Below are positions 29,443 through 39,447 of a stretch of DNA of 64,000 bases, piece after piece. Origin of the DNA: Chryseobacterium sp. TY3 (GTDB lineage Bacteria; Bacteroidota; Bacteroidia; Flavobacteriales; Weeksellaceae). The stretch lies in the NCBI GenBank assembly GCA_046269235.1, contig JBJZOS010000004.1:24048-88047 (forward strand). The letters are read 5' to 3'. Each line of letters begins with the position of its first letter. The first letter of the stretch is position 1. The notes under the pieces are model-generated. The model was not told where the DNA came from. It did no database searches and saw only the letters and a program-made list of their open reading frames with translations. The translations under genes were made by a program, and so were the position numbers.

Positions 29443-30447
29443 ATGAATAATCGGCAAATTCTTTTTCTGCATATTTTTTATTGGCTTCTGAACATTGCTT
29501 TCAGCCTTGTCATTCCGAGATTTGTGGAAGGAGCCAAAAGCAGTGTGCTGAGTTACACGTTTTTCATTGTAAGTTTCATTGTTTTTTACATCAATTATTT
29601 CTTTGTAGTTCCGATTTTCTTCAATCCGAAAAAACTGTATTTATCGGTTGTTGGATATTTTATTAGTGTGACGTGTTTCGTTTTGTTGCGCTATTTTTCG
29701 GAAGAATTGGTCGTGAAAGCGATAAGAGGTTTCGGAAATTATCATCCTAAAACGCCATTTTGGTTTTACTTCTACGACAATATTTTTTACAGCACAGCTT
29801 CTATTTTTTTTAGTACGGCAATTTGTTTGTTCAAACAATTTTCAAGATCTGAAGACGAAAAAGCAAAAATCTTGAATGAAAAGAAAACAGCGGAAATTCA
29901 GGCGTTGAAAACCCAAATCAATCCGCATTTTATTTTCAATTCTTTGAATAATATTTATTCTTTGGTCTTTCAAAAATCGGACAAGGCACTTCCAGCTATT
30001 GAGGAACTGAGTGAACTTTTGCGATATTCTACTAAAGATTTGGAGCAAGATTTTATTCCTATAAAAAGAGAAATTGGCTATATTGAAAGTCTTATCGCAC
30101 TTGAAAAATTGAGAATTCGAAACCCAGAAATGATTCGTTTGGAAAAAAATATCCAAAACGAAAGTTTGCAAATTTCTCCCATGTTGCTTGTTCCGTTTGT
30201 AGAAAATGCCTTTAAACACGGTGATTACAACAGTCATGAAATGAAAATCGAGATTCAAGAAAGTCAACAAATACTCCATTTCCGAATTGAAAACGAAAAA
30301 AGACAAGGTTCTAAAGACCACAGTTCAGGGATTGGAATCGGGAATGTGAAAAAACGCCTCGACTTGATCTATCCTAAAAAATACGAACTTACAATTAGCA
30401 ATGAAGGAAATCGTTTTGTGGTGGATTTAAAGATTGAATTGGATTAA
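29443..30447 (+). CDS. Sensor histidine kinase, LytS/YehU-type (His_kinase, PF06580); probable start MNNRQ
   Basis: Four TM helices, then an H box (EIQALKTQINPHFIFNSLNNIYSL) and a C-terminal GHKL ATPase with a G-box (GIGIGNVKKRLDLIY). Confidence 0.85.
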   Translation: MNNRQILFLHIFYWLLNIAFSLVIPRFVEGAKSSVLSYTFFIVSFIVFYINYFFVVPIFFNPKKLYLSVVGYFISVTCFVLLRYFSEELVVKAIRGFGNYHPKTPFWFYFYDNIFYSTASIFFSTAICLFKQFSRSEDEKAKILNEKKTAEIQALKTQINPHFIFNSLNNIYSLVFQKSDKALPAIEELSELLRYSTKDLEQDFIPIKREIGYIESLIALEKLRIRNPEMIRLEKNIQNESLQISPMLLVPFVENAFKHGDYNSHEMKIEIQESQQILHFRIENEKRQGSKDHSSGIGIGNVKKRLDLIYPKKYELTISNEGNRFVVDLKIELD

Positions 30448-30524
30448 AGAGTCGAGAACCAAGAGTCAAGAGTCAAGAGTCAAGAACCAAGAGCCAAGAA
30501 CCAAGATTCGAGATTTGAATTTGA
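30448..30524. repeat. Eleven imperfect tandem copies of a heptanucleotide (AGAGTCA/AGAACCA) in the kinase-regulator intergenic spacer
   Basis: agagtcg agaacca agagtca agagtca agagtca agaacca agagcca agaacca agattcg agatttg aatttga. It starts right after the kinase stop codon. Confidence 0.8.
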
Positions 30525-30547
30525 GAAAAAATTTATACGAAAACTTC

Positions 30548-31231
30548 ATGAAAATAAAATGCATCATTATAGACGACGAACCTTTGGCGGTTTCTCTTTT
30601 GGAAAAATACGTTTCCGAAACGCCGCATCTTGAGTTGTTGTCAGGTTTCCTGAATCCTATTGAAGCGATAGAATTTCTGCAAAACAACAGCGTGGATTTG
30701 GTTTTTTTGGATATTCAAATGCCCGAATTGTCTGGAATTAATTTCATGAAAATTGTAGGCGACAAAGTGAAATACATCCTAACAACGGCTTATTCGGAGT
30801 TTGCATTGGAAGGTTATGAACATAATGTCATCGATTATTTGTTGAAACCGATTTCGTTTTCGAGATTTCAAAAAAGTGTTGAAAAAGCGCAGGAACGTCT
30901 TTCTACTACTAATGATTTAGAGAAAAATTATTTCTTCATCAAATCTTCAGGACAGCAGCACAAAATTTTGTTCAGCGATATTTTCTACATCGAAAGCATT
31001 AAAGATTACGTGAACGTCAAAACCGAAAACCAAGAATACATTGTCCTCGACACGCTAAAATCTATGGAAGAAAAACTTCCCGAAACTCATTTTGCAAGAA
31101 TTCATAAATCGTATATCGTGAATTTAGAATTTATTAAAAGCTTAGAAAGCAAAAACTTGCTCCTCTCCAACGACCAAGAACTTCCTATTGGCGAAAGTTT
31201 TCGAGCTAATTTTCTGAATAAAATCAAATAA
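30548..31231 (+). CDS. LytTR-family response regulator (receiver plus LytTR DNA-binding domain)
   Basis: MKIKCIIIDDEPLAV..LDIQMPELSGI receiver with conserved Asp residues, and a C-terminal LytTR domain (IFYIESIKDYVNVKTE...HKSYIVN). The ORF-track N-terminal extension (30434) only translates the heptamer repeat. Confidence 0.85.
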   Translation: MKIKCIIIDDEPLAVSLLEKYVSETPHLELLSGFLNPIEAIEFLQNNSVDLVFLDIQMPELSGINFMKIVGDKVKYILTTAYSEFALEGYEHNVIDYLLKPISFSRFQKSVEKAQERLSTTNDLEKNYFFIKSSGQQHKILFSDIFYIESIKDYVNVKTENQEYIVLDTLKSMEEKLPETHFARIHKSYIVNLEFIKSLESKNLLLSNDQELPIGESFRANFLNKIK

Positions 31232-31239
31232 AAAACATT

Positions 31240-31482
31240 TTACAATTTCTTTTGTGCAATGCCATCACCGTTTCGGTTGTAACCTTTGGTATTGTGATTG
31301 AAGAATGGTAAAATGATAGCTACAATTAAAATAAACGCCGTAACAACAATTATCCCAAGAGAATACAGAAGTTTGGTTGTATATTCAGGCGACAGCATTT
31401 CGATTCCCCAAAGACGAAGCATGAAGAATGTTGCTGCAAACAAAATTAAAGCGATGGCTAAAAATCCAATAAGGTATTTCAT
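31240..31482 (-). CDS. Small 2-TM membrane protein (possible NfeD-like partner of the SPFH protein)
   Basis: 80 aa with two hydrophobic helices. It is the third gene of the zinc-ribbon/SPFH operon. Confidence 0.35.
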   Translation of the reverse strand: MKYLIGFLAIALILFAATFFMLRLWGIEMLSPEYTTKLLYSLGIIVVTAFILIVAIILPFFNHNTKGYNRNGDGIAQKKL

Positions 31483-31492
31483 GACAAGTGAA

Positions 31493-32509
31493 TTAAAGGT
31501 TAGACAAAATTTGTTTTTTCAGGGTATCAAATTCTTCTTGAGAAATAATATTTTCTTTCAGTAATAAATTTAATTTCTGTAGTTTTTGTGCAAAATCATC
31601 ATTGTTATTGTCATCCGTAGTTTCTTTAATGATTTCTTCTTTCTTCAAGTCAAATTGTTTTCCGATTTCCATTCCTACACCTATTTGAGCACCAATTCCG
31701 GCAATTCCACCTTCGTTTCGGGCAGCATCTCGAAGCGCACGAAGTTTTTCCAATTCCACATAAGACAATCCAGCTTCTTGTGCAGCACGATTCTGACTGG
31801 TTATTTCTGCAATTCCCCCAATTCTTTCCACTGTTTTTGCATCGAAAGTGGTTCCTAAAATTTTAAAATCCAAAAGTTGTAAACCTAATCCCGAAACATC
31901 ATGATTAATTGCTTCCGACATCTCTTTGCTTAGATTGGTTAACTGCTCATCAATAGCAATGAAGCTATATTTTTTTGACGCAATAAGACTGATAATTTCT
32001 TGCGGAATTTTGTTTACAATAATTTCCTGTAAATCATCGGTGTAAAATTTTTCTTTGTTTGCAACAATGTTTTCATAGAAATGAAGAAGGTCATGAATCA
32101 CATAAGAAAAAGTACCATTAAGCCCTAATTCAACTGGAATCTTGTACTCAGGATCCATATATTTTATAGGATTCGAAGTTCCCCAAAACTGATTCAAAAC
32201 TTGTGCTTTTCTATAAAAATAAATGTACACTTTATGTTCGGATTCAAAATTTTGACGAAGGCGTGACAACGTTGTTAAAAACGGATGATTGTCGGTTTTT
32301 AAATTATAAATACCTTCTTCCTCCAAAACATTTTCCACTTTACCTTCATACACTAAAACACAACCTTGTCCTGGCGCAATAATTAGCTTACTCGCATTTT
32401 TTATCTCATCTCTTGTAGAAGGATATTTATACCACAGAAGGTTGGGTTCTTGCGGTTTCCATTCGATGACTTCGGAAAGCTGTCCTTTGAAAATATTAAA
32501 TAGACTCAT
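31493..32509 (-). CDS. SPFH (band-7) domain protein with C-terminal SHOCT domain
   Basis: 338 aa with an SPFH-like N-terminal region, a coiled-coil, and a C-terminal short repeat motif EEFDTLKKQIL typical of SHOCT. Confidence 0.55.
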   Translation of the reverse strand: MSLFNIFKGQLSEVIEWKPQEPNLLWYKYPSTRDEIKNASKLIIAPGQGCVLVYEGKVENVLEEEGIYNLKTDNHPFLTTLSRLRQNFESEHKVYIYFYRKAQVLNQFWGTSNPIKYMDPEYKIPVELGLNGTFSYVIHDLLHFYENIVANKEKFYTDDLQEIIVNKIPQEIISLIASKKYSFIAIDEQLTNLSKEMSEAINHDVSGLGLQLLDFKILGTTFDAKTVERIGGIAEITSQNRAAQEAGLSYVELEKLRALRDAARNEGGIAGIGAQIGVGMEIGKQFDLKKEEIIKETTDDNNNDDFAQKLQKLNLLLKENIISQEEFDTLKKQILSNL

Positions 32510-32520
32510 AATTGTATTTT

Positions 32521-33864
32521 TTATTTAGCGTCAGAGATTTTCATATCGTAATAACCTTTAATAGTGTTGATTATTTTTCCAGTCTTATCAATAAAATAGG
32601 TTTCTTGAAGTTTTACAAAATAACCATCTTTTAGAATAAAACCTGGATCATAAAAGTATTTACCTTTAACCGGAATGGTTTTTAAAATGCTACCGTTATC
32701 TGGATTCAGTACTTGAAGTTGATAATTTTCGTCTTCTGCAGGTGTAGATTTTATGGCAACCAGCAATTCTGTATCTGTGAAATCTACCACTTCTGGCGCG
32801 AAATATATGCGACCGGGAGTTAAATCAATAAAAGAATTCAAACGACCGTCGCCTTTTGTTGCAAAATATTTGGTGTAAGGATCACGATCGGTAAAAATGC
32901 CTGAACCACCATAATCTTTTCGCCATTCAAATCTAGGCTCATCTTTTGGGTAACCCATTTGATAATCGAATTTATACTTCACCAATTCTAATTTTTCATC
33001 AGGATATTCGCTAGATTTTGTACTGAAAGCAAATGAAGTTTTTTCAATTGGTTGTGGAAGTTTGGCTTTTTTCGCTTCGTAAAATTGATCTTTCGTGTAG
33101 GTTTTATTAATAAAAGGCATATAGACTAAGATTCGTCCATCATTAGCAATAACATCATAGCCAGAACCATAATTTTTATATATGAATTCTAATTTTGCAA
33201 ATCCTACGGCTAAATCGGTGTTCTCTTTTTTGTATTGATCTGTAAGTTCTTCACTTGAAAGATCGTTTGCATTCAGTCGAAAAACTCTTTTGTAATTGGT
33301 AATGATATAGAGATTTTTATCCTCAAAAATTCTTAAATGAATATCCGAAATGCTTTCCATATTTTCATCGCTGAGTTTTTTAATCATCTTTTGTTCGCTG
33401 GTTTTCCCATCATACAAAACAAGATAAGCACCTTTCATTTTACGGTTATCTCCACTGGCTTCATTATCATACATACTGCCAACAGCAACGTAATAAGGAT
33501 TTCCTTTAGAATCTACAAAATTAATATCCGAAGCTGTGTCCCATTGATATCGGGATCTTTCGGCGGCAGTTGAAGAATAAGCACTGTAATTAGTTTTTTT
33601 GTGACTTGAAAAAACACTTATCAGAAAAGGTATTAAAGCAAAAATTAAAAAAATTGCGCCAATGATGATTCCTATTTTTTTGCCAGCAACTGGTGAATCG
33701 GGTTTTGAATTGGTATAGTTATAATTGTGATTAATATTAATATCATCGGAATCTAAAAAAAACTCTGTACCGCAACTTTTGCATTGATAATAGTCTGGTT
33801 TAAGCTCAGTTACTTTGGTGCTGCCACATTGTGGACATTTTATTACTTTAATATTTTTTGCCAT
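32521..33864 (-). CDS. Zinc-ribbon membrane protein (N-terminal CPxCG...CxxCG zinc ribbon, one TM, large extracytoplasmic beta-rich domain)
   Basis: CPQCGS...CKSCGT zinc ribbon, TM segment IGIIIGAIFLIFALIPFLISVF, and 350 aa of Y/K/D-rich sequence without motifs. Confidence 0.45.
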   Translation of the reverse strand: MAKNIKVIKCPQCGSTKVTELKPDYYQCKSCGTEFFLDSDDININHNYNYTNSKPDSPVAGKKIGIIIGAIFLIFALIPFLISVFSSHKKTNYSAYSSTAAERSRYQWDTASDINFVDSKGNPYYVAVGSMYDNEASGDNRKMKGAYLVLYDGKTSEQKMIKKLSDENMESISDIHLRIFEDKNLYIITNYKRVFRLNANDLSSEELTDQYKKENTDLAVGFAKLEFIYKNYGSGYDVIANDGRILVYMPFINKTYTKDQFYEAKKAKLPQPIEKTSFAFSTKSSEYPDEKLELVKYKFDYQMGYPKDEPRFEWRKDYGGSGIFTDRDPYTKYFATKGDGRLNSFIDLTPGRIYFAPEVVDFTDTELLVAIKSTPAEDENYQLQVLNPDNGSILKTIPVKGKYFYDPGFILKDGYFVKLQETYFIDKTGKIINTIKGYYDMKISDAK

Positions 33865-33920
33865 TTGTTTTCTTATTCGATCTCTAAGTTAAAAAAAATA
33901 GTTCAGAAATTCTTAACCTT

Positions 33921-34118
33921 TTTTCAGTACGGCAATTGGTTTATTCAAACCGTTTTCTTGATCTGAAGACGAAAAAGCAAAAATCTTGAATGAAAAGAAA
34001 TCGGCAGAAATTCAGGCGTTGTAAACCCAAATCAATCCACATTTTATTTTCAATTCTTTAAATAATATTTATTTTTTGGTCTTTCAAAAATCGGATAAAG
34101 CACTTTCAACCATTGAGA
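33921..34118 (+). pseudogene. About 200-bp fragment duplicating the H-box region of the LytS-like kinase gene (~90% identical to 29811-30003), with an in-frame TAA
   Basis: Direct comparison: cagtacggcaat...gatctgaagacgaaaaagcaaaaatcttgaatgaaaagaaa...gaaattcaggcgttg[t/a]aaacccaaatcaatcc...ttttcaattctttaaataatatttatt. The flanking sequence is unrelated, and the G-to-T change makes AL*TQ. Confidence 0.7.
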
Positions 34119-34263
34119 AATTTATATTTTCAATCATATCAAATCTGTAGATAATAATTTTCTTGTTCTTGTTTCCAAAGATGAAATTCCAGTTGGTGAA
34201 AGTTATAAGGTAAATTTTTTAAAAAAGTTAAAGTAAATTCGTTTCAGCTTCGTCTACTTCCAT

Positions 34264-34830
34264 ATGGACTCGCTATATTTGGATAAAATGGCTGAAAAAC
34301 AATCTGCTTCACTTACCGAAGTCGTCAAAAATTACGGCTCGCAATTGCTGCGCTTTATCAAGGGCAAAGTTGAGGATGCAGAAGATATTTTGCAGGAAGT
34401 GTGGTATCAGACCAGCCGTTTGACCAATATCGATGATTTGGAAAATGTTAGCGCTTGGTTGTATTCGGTAACGCGAAACAAAATCACCGATAATTATCGA
34501 AAAAAGAAAAGCGACTCGCTGGATGATTACGTCTACGAGGATGAAGACGGAAGTTTTAGCATCAAAGAAATTCTTTTGGCGGACGATTCCAATAATCCCG
34601 AGTTAAAGATGTTTAAAGATATTTTTTGGGACGAGTTGATGAAAGCTTTGGAAGAACTTCCCGAAAATCAGCGCCGCGTTTTTATTCAGAATGAAATAGA
34701 AGATCGTACTTTGCAGGAAATTGCGGACGAGGAAAATGAAAACCTCAAGACAATTATTAGCCGAAAAGGTTATGCTGTGAAACATCTTCGCGTAAAATTA
34801 AGACATTTGTACAACGAACTTAAAGACTAA
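34264..34830 (+). CDS. ECF-type RNA polymerase sigma-70 factor
   Basis: 188 aa. Region 2 (LQEVWYQTSRL...WLYSVTRNKITDNYRKKK) and region 4 HTH (ENQRRVFIQNEIEDRTLQEIADEE). Confidence 0.8.
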   Translation: MDSLYLDKMAEKQSASLTEVVKNYGSQLLRFIKGKVEDAEDILQEVWYQTSRLTNIDDLENVSAWLYSVTRNKITDNYRKKKSDSLDDYVYEDEDGSFSIKEILLADDSNNPELKMFKDIFWDELMKALEELPENQRRVFIQNEIEDRTLQEIADEENENLKTIISRKGYAVKHLRVKLRHLYNELKD

Positions 34831-34839
34831 AACAGAACA

Positions 34840-35178
34840 ATGAATCCTGGATATAAAAAAAATTACAAAAACCGATTAAGATTAATTTTTGTGGCTGTTG
34901 TTGGGTTAGTTTTTCTGTTAGGTTGGGTTGTCCAACTTCTTTGGAACTGGCTTTTGCCCGAGATTTTAGGTGTTAAAAGTATAAGCTATTGGCAGGCTTT
35001 CGGAATATTGATTTTATCCAAAATTTTATTTGGAAGTTTCCATGGTAGTGGCCGCGGTAAAGGTCGTTTTAAAGATAAATTTAACCAAGAGATGTCTCAA
35101 ATGACGGATGATGATAAAGTACGTTTCCGTGAAGAGTGGCGCAAGCGTTTCGGTGATGGCTGCAAATTCGATAGATAA
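34840..35178 (+). CDS. Small membrane protein co-transcribed with the ECF sigma factor (possible anti-sigma or accessory factor)
   Basis: 112 aa with two TM helices and a charged C-terminus. A 10-nt gap separates it from the sigma gene. Confidence 0.35.
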   Translation: MNPGYKKNYKNRLRLIFVAVVGLVFLLGWVVQLLWNWLLPEILGVKSISYWQAFGILILSKILFGSFHGSGRGKGRFKDKFNQEMSQMTDDDKVRFREEWRKRFGDGCKFDR

Positions 35179-35182
35179 ATAT

Positions 35183-35218
35183 AAACTCCCAAAATCAAAA
35201 AGTTTTGGGAGTTTTTTA
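35183..35218 (+). terminator. Rho-independent terminator (aactcccaaaa...ttttgggagtt plus T run)
   Basis: Perfect 11-bp stem followed by T5-6. Confidence 0.65.
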
Positions 35219-35383
35219 TAACTGAAAAAGTAAGAGATTCCTCATTGATAGATGTGATAAACTGGATATAAGTGCTTTAATAGAACGATTTTAAAAATAT
35301 TTTGAAAAAAATTAAAGTAAAACAAGTTTTAATGCGTCTTCCATAAAAAGGCCTTTAGAATTACAAACTTTAAAATCAAAAAA

Positions 35384-35677
35384 ATGAAAAATAAAATGCG
35401 TTTTTTATTACCAAAATTAGTCGGCATTACGATTATCGCTGGTATCGCAACACTAATAATCGGAACGATTTTCAAATTGCTTTTGTTAGGAACTGTTGCT
35501 GTAGGCATCGGCACTTTAGTCGCTCGTAAATTTACCAAAAAAAGACAGGGCGAGTATATCGATTATTACAATAATTTGCCAATGAGTTTCGAGAGAAATT
35601 CTCAGCAAAACTACGCGGCTCAACCGAGCGTCCCAACTTCAATATCTGAAAATCTTGCCGTTATCCCAATTCAATAA
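35384..35677 (+). CDS. Hypothetical membrane protein
   Basis: 97 aa with two TM helices. No motif. Confidence 0.3.
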   Translation: MKNKMRFLLPKLVGITIIAGIATLIIGTIFKLLLLGTVAVGIGTLVARKFTKKRQGEYIDYYNNLPMSFERNSQQNYAAQPSVPTSISENLAVIPIQ

Positions 35678-35703
35678 TGTATCAATATTAAAAATTAAAC
35701 AAT

Positions 35704-35916
35704 ATGTTTTTGAAAAGTGAAAATATGGGAAGTAAAAAAGATGACTACAAAGATCATTTTAATCTAAAATTTAACAGACGTCGTGATAAATTTTTTAACT
35801 CAAATCATCCTTTTAGAGCGGCTGTCGGCGAAAAATTGAGTGCACACAAAACTGTTAATATTTCCGAGAGCGAAGCGTATTTTGCCTTACTGTTTTTCGC
35901 TGGTGGACTGAAATAA
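35704..35916 (+). CDS. Hypothetical small protein
   Basis: 70 aa. The coding status is uncertain. Confidence 0.2.
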   Translation: MFLKSENMGSKKDDYKDHFNLKFNRRRDKFFNSNHPFRAAVGEKLSAHKTVNISESEAYFALLFFAGGLK

Positions 35917-36241
35917 GAAGCTTTCAATGTTTCTATTAAAAACAAATTTTTGAAAATAGCCTACAACGAATCGCAAATTTCGGAACCTAAAATATCGTTT
36001 GTCGAGACTATTATCCGACGAGCTTCGAACGTTTTTTTCAATTAACCAGCAAAGTGAAATCGGAAGGGGTTTCTGCATCTTATGTAAGGAATTTTAATGA
36101 TTATTTTGCGAAAAGATCCCGAACAGAATTTGCCCGAGCAAAAAATTGACATACACTAAAACCTTGATTTCTGTAAGACTAAATTTAAAATTATATACCT
36201 TAAAAACCAGATTTGTTGGCGTTTTTCCTTTTAAACCAAAC

Positions 36242-36272
36242 AAAAAAACCACCCCGTCTTGGAGTGGTTTTA
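36242..36272 (-). terminator. Terminator of the AcnA-type aconitase gene (aaccactccaagacggggtggtt plus T7 on the minus strand)
   Basis: 9-bp GC-containing stem followed by TTTTTTT. Confidence 0.65.
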
Positions 36273-36292
36273 ATTTTATATCGAAAGCAAAA

Positions 36293-38563
36293 TTAATTAG
36301 CCTCCATTCTTTTAATTAAATTCAATGCAGAACCTGCTTTGAACCAATCAATCTGTTGCTCGTTGTAGGTGTGGTTTGCCATAACGATATCTTTTGTACC
36401 GTCGTTGTGAACAAACTCTAAAGTCAATTTCTTTCCTGGCGCAAATTGATCAAGGTCTAAGAAATTCACCACATCATCTTCACGAATTTTATCATAATCA
36501 GCTTTGTCAGCGAAGGTAAGACCCAGCATACCTTGTTTTTTAAGGTTGGTTTCGTGGATACGGGCAAATGATTTCACCAATACGGCTTTTACGCCTAAAT
36601 GTCTTGGCTCCATGGCAGCGTGTTCTCTTGAAGAACCCTCACCGTAGTTTTCGTCACCAATAACAATCGAAGGTATACCCGCTGCTTTGTAGGCTCTTGC
36701 TACTTTTGGAACTTCGTCGTATTGACCCGTCAGTTCATTTTTCACTTTGTTGGTTTCCATGTTGTAAGCATTTACCGCTCCAATCAACATGTTATTTGAA
36801 ATATTATCCAAGTGACCTCTGTATTTCAACCATGGACCAGCCATAGATATATGGTCGGTTGTACATTTTCCGAAGGCTTTAATTAAAATTTTAGCTCCGG
36901 TAATATTTTTACCGTCCCAAGCAGGGAATTCCTCTAACAATTGAAGTCTATCCGAGTTAGGATCTACCACAACTTGCACATTAGAACCATCTTCAGAAGG
37001 CGCTTGATAACCATTATCATCCACCGCGAAACCTTTTGCAGGGAGTTCAGAACCTTTTGGCTCATCTAATTTCACTTGCTCGCCAGCTTCGTTCGTTAAT
37101 GTATCTGTAATTGGATTAAAATCTAATCTACCTGAAATTGCAACGGCAGCAACCATCTCTGGAGATGCGACGAAAGCGTGTGTATTTGGGTTTCCATCCG
37201 CTCTTTTAGCAAAGTTTCTGTTGAAAGAATGGATAATTGAATTTTTCTCACCTCTTTCAGCACCTTCTCTATCCCATTGTCCGATACATGGTCCACAAGC
37301 GTTGGTGAAGATTCTCGCATTCTCGAATTTTCTGAAAGAATCCAAGAAGCCATCTCTTTCCGCCGTGAATTTCACTTGTTCAGAACCTGGGTTGATTCCT
37401 AATATGGCTTTTGGTTTCACGCCTTTTGCAACGGCATCTTCAACGATAGAAGCTGCTCTGGATAAATCTTCATAAGACGAGTTGGTACAAGAACCAATTA
37501 ATGCCCATTCTACCTCCAATGGCCATCCGTTAACTTCCGCTTTTGCTCTAAATTCTGCAACGGGCGTCGCCAAATCTGGAGTGAATGGTCCGTTTAAGTG
37601 AGGTGTTAATTCCGAAAGGTTGATTTCAATTAATTGATCGAAATATAGTTCTGGATTGGCATAAACTTCAGCATCACCAGTTAAATGTTCAGCCACTTTA
37701 TCAGCAGCGTCCACCACTTCTTGTCTTCCTGTTGCAGCCAAATATCTTCTCATAGAATCATCATAACCGAAAGTAGAAGTCGTAGCTCCAATTTCTGCTC
37801 CCATGTTACAGATGGTTCCTTTTCCAGTTGCAGAGAGAGATTCTGCACCTTCACCGAAATATTCTACGATACAACCCGTTCCTCCTTTTACGGTTAAAAT
37901 ACCGGCAACCTTTAGGATAACATCTTTTGCAGATGTCCATCCGTTCATTTTACCAGTCAATTTTACCCCGATAAGTTTTGGCATTTTCAGTTCCCAAGCC
38001 ATTCCAGCCATGACGTCAACCGCATCTGCACCACCAACACCGATGGCTACCATTCCTAAACCACCAGCGTTAACCGTGTGCGAGTCGGTACCAATCATCA
38101 TTCCACCCGGAAATGCGTAATTTTCTAAAACTACTTGGTGAATAATACCTGCTCCTGGCTTCCAGAAACCGATTCCGTATTTATCACAAACAGAACTTAA
38201 GAAATTGAAAACCTCTGAGTTCTTATTAATTCCTTCCTGTAAATCAGCTTCAGCACCAACTCTCGCTTGGATCAAGTGATCGGCATGCGCTGTAGATGGA
38301 ACCGCAACTTTCGCTTTTCCCGCTTGCATAAACTGCAATAAGGCCATTTGTGCCGTCGCGTCCTGCATCGCCACTCGGTCTGGTGCGAAATCTACATACG
38401 AGTTTCCTCTTTCATAAGCTTGTGTTGCGTTACCTTCCCAAAGGTGTGCATAAAGAATTTTCTCAGCAAGTGTCAATGGTTTTCCCACAACTTGTCTCGC
38501 CGCAGCGATTCTTTCTGGGTAACGTTCGTACACTTTTTTGATCATATCAAGGTCAAAAATCAT
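36293..38563 (-). CDS. acnA: Aconitate hydratase, AcnA/mitochondrial-type (~755 aa)
   Basis: Four-domain aconitase with the Fe-S ligand cysteines ([20 protein letters not shown]) and the SxR active-site region. Its length and N-terminus resemble the Bacteroidetes mitochondrial-type aconitase. Confidence 0.88.
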   Translation of the reverse strand: MIFDLDMIKKVYERYPERIAAARQVVGKPLTLAEKILYAHLWEGNATQAYERGNSYVDFAPDRVAMQDATAQMALLQFMQAGKAKVAVPSTAHADHLIQARVGAEADLQEGINKNSEVFNFLSSVCDKYGIGFWKPGAGIIHQVVLENYAFPGGMMIGTDSHTVNAGGLGMVAIGVGGADAVDVMAGMAWELKMPKLIGVKLTGKMNGWTSAKDVILKVAGILTVKGGTGCIVEYFGEGAESLSATGKGTICNMGAEIGATTSTFGYDDSMRRYLAATGRQEVVDAADKVAEHLTGDAEVYANPELYFDQLIEINLSELTPHLNGPFTPDLATPVAEFRAKAEVNGWPLEVEWALIGSCTNSSYEDLSRAASIVEDAVAKGVKPKAILGINPGSEQVKFTAERDGFLDSFRKFENARIFTNACGPCIGQWDREGAERGEKNSIIHSFNRNFAKRADGNPNTHAFVASPEMVAAVAISGRLDFNPITDTLTNEAGEQVKLDEPKGSELPAKGFAVDDNGYQAPSEDGSNVQVVVDPNSDRLQLLEEFPAWDGKNITGAKILIKAFGKCTTDHISMAGPWLKYRGHLDNISNNMLIGAVNAYNMETNKVKNELTGQYDEVPKVARAYKAAGIPSIVIGDENYGEGSSREHAAMEPRHLGVKAVLVKSFARIHETNLKKQGMLGLTFADKADYDKIREDDVVNFLDLDQFAPGKKLTLEFVHNDGTKDIVMANHTYNEQQIDWFKAGSALNLIKRMEAN

Positions 38564-38846
38564 ATTTTAATTTTTTAATATTAATAGTATTTAAAAAAGG
38601 CTATACAATTTACAAATTATTTTTGAGCAGAGAATTACTTATCTTTTTCTTTAGAATTAAAATAAATAAAAAGATGGATTCTGTAACGAATTTAGCCTTG
38701 TCATCTGGATGGAAATTTCGTGCCTTTAGCGTGTTAATAAATTAGAAAATTTGTATTTCGATGATGGGAATTTTGGATAATGCTTAATTTAAAAAAATTA
38801 GACATACAATCTCTTATTTAGGTTTTTTACTGTTAATATGATAAAA

Positions 38847-39284
38847 TTATTTCACTAATGATTCCACTAAATTAGCATCACTATCAAAATACGCTACAGT
38901 TATTTGTAATTTGTTCCGCTGTACATTATATTGTTTGATTTCCAATTCCTGAGAAGGCGATAAATCGAACTTGAAATCTGGATCTTTTTTACCTAACACA
39001 TTTTTATTGTAGAACAAAACATAGCCTTCAATAGGAAGTTCTTTGTTCATTTGCGATTCTAAAAATCTAGCATACTGCTGAATAGAATTTTTGTCATTAA
39101 AATCAACTTGGATATCTACTCTTTGCTTAATAATATCCAATCCAATTGTACCATGAACCGGCAACAAAGCAATCAATTCAGGTTCGGATGCTAAAGTGAA
39201 CCAATCTGGCAATGCAAACACGGCTTTGTTGGAATACCATTGATCTTCTTTATGTTTTGCTTGTAAAATTAACTTTTCAATCAT
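38847..39284 (-). CDS. Hypothetical protein between the two aconitase genes
   Basis: 145 aa, no motif, same strand as both aconitases. Confidence 0.35.
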   Translation of the reverse strand: MIEKLILQAKHKEDQWYSNKAVFALPDWFTLASEPELIALLPVHGTIGLDIIKQRVDIQVDFNDKNSIQQYARFLESQMNKELPIEGYVLFYNKNVLGKKDPDFKFDLSPSQELEIKQYNVQRNKLQITVAYFDSDANLVESLVK

Positions 39285-39395
39285 TTACTTGTTCTTTATA
39301 CACTTTGTTGTAAGAAATTGTTTGCCTTTCAAAAGCATAAAACTACAAATTTCTAAGTCGTTACAAATATCTATTGAACCCAAATTCCTGGTAAA

Positions 39396-39427
39396 GAAAA
39401 GGCTATCCGAAAATGGACAGCCTTTTG
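39396..39427 (-). terminator. Terminator hairpin downstream of acnB (aaaggctatcc...ggacagcctttt)
   Basis: 10-bp stem with one mismatch, flanked by T runs. It overlaps a spurious plus-strand ORF (39289-39480). Confidence 0.5.
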
Positions 39428-39447
39428 TTATGATGTTCGCTAATTTC

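Noticed and set aside
29026-30321. Several antisense or alternative-frame ORFs (29026-29223, 29481-29666, 29641-29838, 29842-30321)
   Set aside because: They lie inside the DUF5694 gene or the histidine kinase gene on the other strand or frame. They are low-complexity artefacts.
30448-30524. Possible CRISPR-like repeat
   Set aside because: The units are only 7 nt and directly abutting, with no spacers, so this is a microsatellite and not a CRISPR array. No CRISPR repeats were seen anywhere in the window.
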